Below are positions 53,291 through 64,000 of a DNA stretch of 64,000 nt, piece after piece (position 1 is the stretch's first letter; every line of letters begins with the position of its first letter). Source of the stretch: Octopus vulgaris (taxonomy: Eukaryota); the NCBI GenBank assembly GCA_951406725.2, contig OX597814.1, forward strand, positions 17,236,001-17,300,000, given 5' to 3'. The notes under the pieces are model-generated. The model was given only the letters and a program-made list of their open reading frames with translations, searched no databases and had not been told where the DNA came from. Position numbers and translations under genes: made by a program.

Positions 53291-54788
53291 TATATATGCA
53301 TGTATGTATGTGTATGTGTGTGCATCTGTGGATCTGTGTATGTGTGCTTTAAATCTTGCTAAATAGGCACATATTTTAAAGACGTCTAAAATACATTGTA
53401 ACTGCTCACTTCACATAGAAAATGGAACATATTTCCAATTTCGTATTAAGTGCAGAGAACTTTTAGTGAATAATGTCTTCAAGTTGACGAATTAAGGTGT
53501 AATAGCGAGATTTATTTTTAGTTATGAAACACACAAACGTGTATAGCAGAGAGAAAGGCAGAAAGACGCAAAAAATAAGAGAGTTTGTTTGTGTGTGTGT
53601 GTGCATGCGTGGTGTCTGGTTTGTGCCTGTGTATGAGCGTGCGTGCGCGCGTGTGCCTGGTGGAATGTATCCAGTTAATTAAACAAAACCTGTTAGTTGA
53701 ATTAGTGATCGCATTTATTTCGTTTAGTGTTTTGTTTTTATAATAATCATTTTAAAATTATTTTCTTTTGTATTTTTCTCTGTTTGCATGTTTGAAGTTG
53801 AAAGAAATCTTGTTTTAGCTCATTTTTTATTTATTTTTTAAATGTTTTTTCTTATATAAGAACTGCTACTTTTTATGTGGGCGTTATCCATTGTCTGTGT
53901 GTGCGTAAATGTGCATGCGTGTGTGAGTGCGTCTGCGTTTGTGAGTCACTGTGTGTGTGTGTGTGTGTGTGTTTCATTTCATAATTTTTCCCGATCAAGA
54001 AGAATACCGAATAACTTGCCTGAGACACTTTCCATTGTTAAAGCATTGTATTTTTTATTATAATTTGTTATATTATTTATATTATCCTTTTTTTTTTTTT
54101 TTCAATATCACATTTTATATAAATTGGTGTTGAGCAGTGGGAATGAACTTACACACCACTTTCGAAAATAAACATATTAACATTAATATATTTCGGTCAG
54201 AGTGCAAGTGTCAAATAATGATTGACATCAGAAGATGTGATGTGCACGATGTTTTCATCAATATTCATAGCCAACAGAGATTATTTGGCACCTTTTGATC
54301 AAGTTTCACATGAAACGTATTATCACCTGCCATTCATCCGATGGGGAACTACCGTTTCTCGAATGTTCTCGTTCACTCGGAAAAATGCTGAGAAGATCGA
54401 CAAAGACGGTGAATCAACGAAAGACACAAGAACAATCAAAAGAACAATGTTGATAAGAATAATGTTGCTTTTTCACACGAAATAGGGGTTTGGAAGGGAA
54501 AAAAAACCATTCGTATCAAATGCGAATAAAGGTTTATCTATATGTGTGTGTGTGTGAATATATATGTATATATATATATGTATGTATATATATATACATA
54601 TATATATATATACACACACACACATATATATACACACACACACATATATATACACACACACATATTTACATATATACACAAGTACACAAATATATATATA
54701 TATATGTATATGTTCAAAACTACATATGCATAGACTTGCATTTACTTATATATTCATATATATATATATATACATACGTATATATGTG

Positions 54789-54928
<140 letters not shown>

Positions 54929-55259
54929 TATATATGTCATTCGACATTTACATGTGTGTGTGTGTGTGAGCGTGACTGTGTACGTGCACGCGTGCTTGTG
55001 TGTATACTTACTCGTCTCTATCGTCACTATCAAGGTGCATATGTCCTGGTAACTTGTACCATATTTATATTTTCGCTTGTTATTTAGTTGTTTTGGATGC
55101 CTATACTAACGTGAGTACACGTCGACACTCTCTTGGCCCCTCCCTATCCCTGCGCCAGAGAAATGTCAAAGATGTTGGCTGGAAAGAGAGAGCGTATGAT
55201 AATAATCTTTAGATTACTATATTGGAGATAACCCCTCGCACATACACATGTCTATCTGC

Positions 55260-55323
<64 letters not shown>

Positions 55324-55468
55324 ATATCTAGCTAGCTATCTAGCTATCTAGCTAGCTATCTATATGTTTCTATTTAGTAGATCAGTGATATATATATATA
55401 CATATATATATATATAAATATATAATAATCTATCTGTAAATATTATATATATATAATATTTATATATA

Positions 55469-55845
55469 GGCGCAGGAATGGCTGTGTAGTAAGCAGCTTG
55501 CGTAGCAACCATATCGCTCCGGCTTCAGTCCCACTGCGTGACACCATGGGCAGGCGTCTTCTACTATAACCTCGGGCCGACCAAAGCCTTGTGAGTAGAT
55601 TTGGTTGACGGAAACTGAAAGAAGCCCGCCGTTTATATGTGAATATATGTTTGTGTGTCTGCGTTTGTCCCCCAAAATTGCTTGACAACTAATGCTGGTG
55701 TGTTCAAGTCCCCATAACTTAGCGGTTCGGCAAAAGCGGTCGATAGAATAAGTACTAGGCTTACGATGAATAAGTCCTGGGGTCGATTTGCTCGACTGAA
55801 GGCGGTGCTCTAGCATGGCCACCGTCAAATGACTGAAACAAGTAA
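55469..55845 (+). mobile_element. SINE family B
   Basis: End-to-end match; short internal microsatellite. Confidence 0.92.
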
Positions 55846-56139
55846 TATATATATATATTTAGAATAGGATAAAATCTTTATAGGAATTTATCAAGCAGTC
55901 AGCGTAAAAAACCTCATTAAGGAAAAACTATTGTTATTGCCTTTAAATATATTTATTTATATTATGGGCATTACTACACATAAAGGCCTCATGTTATGAG
56001 AGGCACTTAAGGTCAAAACTACCGTAATAAATACAGTATACCGAACGCGATTCAGCTGTATATATTCAACTAGATTCAGCTGTATATCATATGATTTCAT
56101 AATTAGCGCTCAAAAATGCACTTTTTAATCGTCAGTGCA

Positions 56140-56948
56140 ACTATAATTAAGACACATAGTATGGTTGCTTTCACATTTTCTGTGGCCTTTGCTGGGGTGT
56201 GCATACACCATCTTTTTTCTGTTCTTATTCTATAGTGTTGGCATAGATTCCAGTGTATATAGGTTCCAACACTATCGTGTCTGTGTATATATTCCTTCTT
56301 AGCCAGGACTGGGCAGCAACAGACAATATAATTTATTGTTTGTTGTCCATCTTCACATATTCTGCAGTTGCTTGTTGCATTTCTTTTTATTACATGTTTT
56401 TTGGTAATTTCTGGTGGTAAGGCTTTGATCTTGTGCTTTGCAATTAAAAAATCCTTCAGTCTCTACTATGAGTCCTGAGCTTTTCAAGCATTCTTGGGAT
56501 TCTGCTTTGTCTATTTCTTTTTTTGTTTATTTTAACTCAATATTTGCCATAAAGGGGCATTCATTGCCATCGTTTTATCACGATCTATTGCTGTTCCAGA
56601 TTTAGTTCGGATTTCAGTTGTTATATAGCTTTTGTTTTTTCTTATTTTTCTTCATAGCTGTTAGGTACCATGATTTATTTTTGTATGCTTCTTTAAAGAC
56701 AGAAAAGAGTCTTTTGTTTTGATCTTGCTTTGTGGTTAATTGTATCATATTTCTTTGCTTCTGAAATAGTTATTTTGGTCAAGAATGGTTATTTTGTAAT
56801 AGTTTTCTACATGTATAAGGACTCTACTACCTGCGATACGTTGTATAAATAACCTTCCTACGTCAGATTTTGGGTGGTGCATCCTAAATCCTTATTATTC
56901 TTGTTTTTCTGTCTATTTTGATTAGTTCATTTAGAGTCCAGTGAAGAA
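56140..56948 (-). mobile_element. Third R4/Dong-like LINE remnant (post-RT region to CCHC knuckle)
   Basis: LHWTLNELIKIDRKTR, MHHPKSDVGRLFIQR, ETEGFLIA, CRICEDGQQTINYIVCCCPVLAKKEYIHRHDSVGTYIHWNLC (hand translation across frameshifts; mostly absent from the ORF track). Confidence 0.88.
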
Positions 56949-57067
56949 TATTATTATTATTATTATTACTATTATTATTATCATTATCCTCCTCCTCCTC
57001 CTCCTCATCATCATCATCATCATCATCACCATCATTATCATCATCATCATCGTCCTTATTATTATTA

Positions 57068-57285
57068 AGGTGGCAAAATGGCAGATTTATCAGAACATCA
57101 GAGAAATTGCCTAGTGACATTTTTTTCCGGTTCTTTACATTCTGAGATCAAATACCAGCTGCGTAAATTTTGTCTTTAATCCTTTCAGAATCGATAAAAT
57201 AAAGTACCCGTCAAGTACTGAGGTCTATGCATTCGACTACCGCCCCCTCCTTTTAACATTGCTGGCCTTGTACCGAAATCTTAAA
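57068..57285 (+). mobile_element. Old SINE family A copy (tail variant 3)
   Basis: TGGCAGA head, TCGATAAAATAAAGTACC, GCTGGCCTTGTACC.AAAT. Confidence 0.7.
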
Positions 57286-58222
57286 ACATTATCATCATTC
57301 ATGTTGTTTTGATGTTTTTTACCTTGTTTTATGACAATCGTCATTGTCATATTTTTTTTTTCTTTTACTCTTATTTCCGTCACTTTGTCACGCATCCCAG
57401 AAGCAGCATCAAAACACTATAATCTTACAATATTTGTTCTGGAAAAGAAAAAAATATATTATGTATAAAAAAAAAAAACAAGAAATAAAAATAATCGTCT
57501 GCTCCTGGGTATATAACAGATAATTTATAACTTTTGAGCCGCAGGCAAACACTGCTGAACTCATACTTATATCATTATTCTGTTCCTTTCAAACAGAAAC
57601 AAAATAACTTCAGATAAAGTTAAATAAGAGATTCCATAATAATTGTTAAAAAATAAACAAGTATTTCAACGATACTAAAATAATTTTGCACTTAAAAAAA
57701 CAGATAATGTATAGACTCGATAAGACTTTTCTACAATAAAAATATAATACTTAAGAAAAAAACCTAGCCTTCCATAATACCACGTGATATTTACATTAAG
57801 AGTTAGGAGCTTGTTGCAGATGTTTAGTGCATTTCGAAACAGTATTATCTATGAGTGCAGAACACTTAAAGGCATAAATGTCAACAGGTGCATACAGGGT
57901 CTACACATGACAACAAATTTGTCAATGTCAGGCTTGGACATAATTTTTTAAAGAACATTTATATAACAATAGTCCTTTAAAGCATCTTAAATATTTTGAA
58001 TGAACGTGTGTCATCATTGTGAAAATTTGCAAACTCACAAGCTTGATTCTAAAACAATATAAGAATAGAAGATGAAATGACTCTGAAAACGGCCACATGT
58101 TTGCTTGAATATTATTTTTTCATTTAGCAGTACGCAATTCCACTCATTTTCGTAGTATATTATGTGAAGCACTTCGATTCACAGGAGATTAAATTTTTAA
58201 AAACAGGTTCATATATATATAT

Positions 58223-58261
<39 letters not shown>

Positions 58262-58280
58262 CCTGTTTTTTAAAAAATAT

Positions 58281-58334
<54 letters not shown>

Positions 58335-58947
58335 ATTTTTTTAAAAACAGGCTCATATATATATATATATATATAAAAAGAGAAAGAAAGAGAGAGAGTA
58401 AAAGTGCGATATGTATATGTATGTATATATATATGTGGGTTTATAGGTGCGTGTGTGGCGTGGATATTTATGTCCGTCAGCGTAAGAAAGTGACTAAGAT
58501 AATGGCGTCTGTATGTATCAATGTACCTACGTATATATGTATGTAAATTAGAACTACAACGTATTTCGTAAATTTGAATTAAATTGGAATGAAGGTATAT
58601 GTACACACACGCACACACACACACACACACACACATAACATATATATGAATAAATGAATCGAAATTTCTAGAAAAATATAAATTGTTTTCAATTTTAGAG
58701 AGAGATAGGGAGAGAGTAAGAAAGAGAGTTAAATGAAAAAAAAAATTTGTTGCTCGAGATTAAAAGGAAATCTCTGTTTTGTTTTCCATTTCTTTCCTTT
58801 TACGAAGTATTTTGTTGCTGTTCTCCTTATATTCCCCACCATAACATCAAACGATAAAGTATTTGATTATTTCTAATTAAATAAACAAGTTTGCAATTAC
58901 CTCCAGGAGAAGAAATGAAGAAGGGATGTTCCAACATTTAATATTCA

Positions 58948-59077
<130 letters not shown>

Positions 59078-59809
59078 TTTTATTATTATTTTTATTATTA
59101 TTATTCTTTTTAATTCATTATTATTATTAGTAGTATTGTTGTTGTTATTATGATCATTATTATTTTTATTATTAGTATTATTATTATTATCATTAAATTT
59201 TTATCTTATTTTACCAACTTCATACGACTTCTTGAACTTACCACAGAAACAAATGTTTTAAATAATAATAAAAAAAAAATTGAATCCAACAATAAACTTA
59301 AATATTAAGTTAAATTTATTTAGCTGACTTGTAAATTCTAATAAAAAGGCTAACTTAATTGAAAATTTCCTCTCTTTGAAAATCTATACCCTTATTCAAA
59401 ATAATGCTGTCATCTACAGATGTACCACCTACGTATTCTAACTTAAACTGTTATCGAGAAACAAGATTTTATGTCTTTGTTCAAAGCAAGCATCTCTGAA
59501 GAGTGTTTGCCCGGAGGTAGAAAGTAGGAATTCAATAGGCAATGTAGAATCTGCGACATTCTACGCTGTTATGCTGCCCCACCCACCACATTGCACAACG
59601 CCACCAGACGCTTTCTTTGTTTTCTTTTCCTTTTCTCTTTTACTTTCTTCCTCTTTCTCTCTCTTTCTTCTCTCTCTTTCTCTCTCTCTCTCTGTTATAA
59701 TTTTCTGGAAAACACATATATAAGCACGCGCTGGCTTAAACACACTGACACGAAACATGTAAGTACACATAAATACATACAGAGATACATTGATATATAT
59801 GCACACACT

Positions 59810-59858
<49 letters not shown>

Positions 59859-59873
59859 ATAGGTATATGTATT

Positions 59874-59908
<35 letters not shown>

Positions 59909-59940
59909 TATACATATATATATACACATATACATATATA

Positions 59941-60005
<65 letters not shown>

Positions 60006-60495
60006 ATATCACAAACACTTCCAACACGCACACATATGTATACACACATATATTTATATGCATATGTAATATATGTTTCATGTGTATATATGTGTATATG
60101 AATGTATAAATGTATATACGTTTGCATGCATGTATGTATAAATGAATGAATGCATATATGTACGTACATATGTATACATGTATATATCTGTATGAATGTA
60201 TGTACGTTTGATGCATGTATGTATAAATGAATGTATGTATGTATGTATGTATGTATGTATGTATGTATGTATGTATGTATGTATGTATGTATGTATGTAC
60301 AGATGTATTCACATACTTGTAGCCATACACACATGTATGGCAAGTGTGAGTTTTTATTTATATGAACTACTTTAAATGAATGGCTCGGACATCATTGTAC
60401 GATATTCAGACTTCTTGTATTCCCATCACAATTGAGTTTATTGGGTTGTTTGTTCTCTGAGTTGTTTGTTTCTCTTCTGACTTTCGTTCCCTCTC

Positions 60496-60917
60496 TACTC
60501 TCTTTACTCTTTTACTTGTTTCAGTCATTTGACTGCGGCCATGCTGGAGCACCGCCTTTAATCGAGCAATTCGACCCCCGGGGGGACTTATTCTTTTTGT
60601 AAGCCCAGTACTTATTCTATCGGTCTCTTTTGCCGAACCGCTAAGTGACGGGGACGTAAACACACCAGCATCGGTTGTCGAGCAATGCTAGGGGGACAAA
60701 CACAGACACACAACCCCCCCCCCACACACACACACATATATATACACATATATACGACAGGTTTCTTTCAGTTTCCGTCTACCAAATCCACTCACAAGGC
60801 ATTGGTCGGCCCGGGGCTATAGCAGAAGACACTTGCCCAAGGTGCCACGCAGTGGGACTGAACCCGGAACCATGTGGTTGGTTAGCAAGCTACTTACCAC
60901 ACAGTCACTCCTGCGCC
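60496..60917 (-). mobile_element. SINE family B with a 30-bp TSD
   Basis: TGTTTGTTTCTYTTCTGACTTTCGTTCCCT at 60463-60492 and 60918-60947. Confidence 0.95.
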
Positions 60918-61404
60918 TGTTTGTTTCTTTTCTGACTTTCGTTCCCTGGTTACTATTCTTCTAAACTGAAGAAATATTTTTGCTGATGCTGGAGTATGTA
61001 TGTCAAAGGTTCCTATTTTAAAATTGATGTGACCCATGGAATGAAACAGAGAGACCGCTCTGACTACAATCAGTGCCTAGCTAAGTCACCCCTCGACAAG
61101 TACATAAGCCACAAATTCATAATTTATTATTTTACCTGTTTCAAACACTGGAATATGATTATGCCAGAGTCTACTATTGGTTTTCGCCGATAATAAAGAC
61201 CTCAATATGTATTTCAGAATTTAAACAATTCGATCCAACTTCTAAGTTACTTATTTGACGAATTTCGGAAACACTGGTCAATAAAACACACATACATTCA
61301 AACACTCGCACGCACTCTGGTGTGTATCATTATATGCACATGTGTGTGTGCATATGTGTGCATGCATGTATATACATACATACATACATACATACATACA
61401 CATA

Positions 61405-61499
<95 letters not shown>

Positions 61500-61676
61500 A
61501 TATATATATATATATATATAAGCATATATATATGTATGTATGTATGTATAGACAGCAGTGTGCAATGATTTACCAGAAAGGAAGACTATAATTGTCACTA
61601 AATATGAGTATGGTGTTAGAACACCTACATTGCTAGAAATAAGAGCTAAACATTTCTAATGCTGTATCTAAAGCAA

Positions 61677-61757
<81 letters not shown>

Positions 61758-61809
61758 CTGAAAGGGACTGCCAGTATATACGTATGCAATTATATGCTTT
61801 AGTAGACCT

Positions 61810-62790
61810 TATCGCTTCGATAGGTCCCCATGTACGGAGAACACTTGGATATAGTATGTAGGATGAACCACAGGTTAACTGTAAGGTTAGGAATACTTAC
61901 GATGTACTAAGAAACTGTGCTGAAAAATAACAACTACTTACATTGGTGAGACAGCACGCAGTATAGTGGAGAGCATAGGTGGACACTAGCGGGAGCTCAA
62001 AGAAGATAAAGGCTCGTCAATGCTCTACCAACATGCTCATGCAGATAATAGAGGCTCGGTTAATAGCATATAGGTTAAAGTATTATCAGCGCACAAAACT
62101 GACACGACACTTAGACAGATCACGGAGGCTGCACACATAGCATTATACCGACCGATCCTCAGGAGAAAACACGAATGAAATAATAACACCTACCACAACT
62201 CTACACAACATAATGACTAAAGACAGAAGGGGGGAAAACAGATACAAAAGTGTAATGCACACACAATAGACAAATATGCACATACTTATAATAAATATAA
62301 GAAATAGCTATTTAAAAAAAAAACTGCATAAAAGGCACGGATACAAACAAGATAATAAGCGAACGTATATACACACACAAACACACATACAGTAACTTCA
62401 CAAACAGTTGCAACAATATGAACAACGAGACTAACAACAAACAGTAACTGCGGCAAAAACAACAACTACTGCTACAGTAGCAACAGTGTGGGCAAACACA
62501 AAAACACAGAGAGATACAGGGATGGTACCAAAGACCAGGGTCAAGGGCAGCAGCAGCAACGGAGCAGGGGTCGAAGCTGAGGAGAAGGTTATAGTACTAC
62601 TAAAAACAACGACACACACGCACACACGCGCGCGCACACGCACACAATAAAGACGCAAATGCATGCACATATAAGGATAAGCACCATAGAAGAACGGAAT
62701 GGACTAAGCTAAGCAAACACGAGAACGGAAAGTGTCACTGAAGAGGCTACAGACGTGTGACGAAAGATTTATTGACAATGGACATGAGTT
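61810..62790 (+). mobile_element. Penelope-like element 3' part: GIY-YIG endonuclease remnant and 3' terminal region with hammerhead
   Basis: YIGETARSIVESIGGH...MLYQHAH...VKVLS...LRQITEAAHI...P.L (61930-62175); hammerhead-like fold at 62733-62777. Confidence 0.82.
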
Positions 62791-63407
62791 AGAATAAGAA
62801 CAGTAATAAACGAGTGAAGAACAAATATATAGGGCGTGTGCTTATTTGGTAAAAAGAAAATGACCGTCCCGAAATACAACAATATATATGTATGTGTGTG
62901 TGTGTGTGTGTGTGTGTATGTATATTTGCGCATATTCATAAATACATACACAGGCATACACACACACTCTCGCGCGCACGCACACACAAATACACACACA
63001 ACGGAGCACAAACAAAGAAGCAATGGACTTCTATATATCGGCAGCAACCCAATTCTAATCAGAATATCTCAGTCAACCGAATTTTACAGCAGAAGATACA
63101 TTCCCACAATTCGTGAAGTACTATTGATCTAATAAAAGCATAGTTAAGAAGGGAAATTCTAACCAGGCAGCAAATTAGGTTTTTGTACTTAAATTTAAGC
63201 TGTACCAGACGAGGACATCCCTTACAAAACCTATTCCAGGGAGAAAAAGCACTTCAACACCACCGATAAAATGGAATTCAATATGCCTCACGTCCACAAT
63301 TCATATCCCTAACAATTCATACTGCTATTGTAAAACCTAGTTTACATGATAAAATTTCTAATATTAATTTATTTAAACTGTGATTTTGAAGCACTTCTAA
63401 AATATAT

Positions 63408-63797
63408 ATGGCAGAAAATTGGCAAAATGCTTAGCGGTATTTCGTCCGTCTTTGCCGTTTATCTTTTCGAGGTTGATGACATAAACAACAGTTAAGCACA
63501 GGGCTCGGTGTAATCGACTTCCCTGCTTCCACGAAATCGATACCCTTGTGCCAATATTTGAAACCAATATCTAAATGATATAAGATGGCGAACTGACAGA
63601 ATCGTTAAGTACACTGGGCAAAATGCTTAATCTTATCTAGCCCCTCTTCGCGTGCTGAGTTCAAATTCCAGTGACGTTAACTTTACCTTTCACTTTTTTG
63701 GGGTGGGTAACATAAGTACCAGTTGTGCACTGGGGTCGATGTTAACGACTTATCTCGCCCCCGAAATTGCTGGTTATGTGCCAAAATTTAAAACCAT
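63408..63797 (+). mobile_element. Two tandem old SINE family A copies (tail variant 3)
   Basis: 63408-63570 and 63585-63797, both ending TGTGCCAA.ATTT.AAACCA. Confidence 0.8.
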
Positions 63798-64000
63798 TAT
63801 TTAAATGCTAAATAAAAAGTTTTATTTTATTACAATTCTGTTTTTTTTTAATGGTTAATACTATTTTCACTATAATAATCTGAATATTCCGTGACGTTTA
63901 TATCTATCTAGCTATCTACCTATCTGTTTGTCTATCTGTCTGTATATCTATTTATCTATCTATCTTTCTATATCTGTATCCATCTAGCTATATATATATG

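Noticed and set aside
63000-63330. Possible further Penelope-like coding remnant
   Set aside because: No diagnostic motif could be read with confidence

Overview
AT-rich, microsatellite-saturated eukaryotic DNA with no convincing host exon, so probably a long intron or intergenic stretch. The SINE repertoire strongly suggests an octopod cephalopod (Octopus-like); this is inferred from recognising the repeats. Nearly all supplied ORFs are microsatellite or SINE artefacts. The real content is at least four tRNA-derived SINE families (about 30 copies, several with clean TSDs), decayed Penelope-like elements (RT YRDD motif, GIY-YIG endonuclease), three R4/Dong-type RLE non-LTR remnants, a Helitron Rep fragment, a mariner derivative, RTE and CR1-like fragments, and MITEs. 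Most notable: (i) minimal type-I hammerhead-ribozyme folds with non-canonical cores, one with a compensatory G3-C8 swap (24767-24817) and a three-copy family with U at position 6 and covarying stem I, carried by short (TA)n-embedded retroelements; (ii) a TSD-flanked chimera of an 82-bp CpG-rich sequence fused to an RTE 3' end; (iii) recurrent SINE dimers joined at the apex of the anticodon-like hairpin; (iv) apparent partitioning of (TA)n, (AAT)n and (ATAC)n microsatellites among different retroelement classes. All alignments and folds were done by eye, and element boundaries are approximate.
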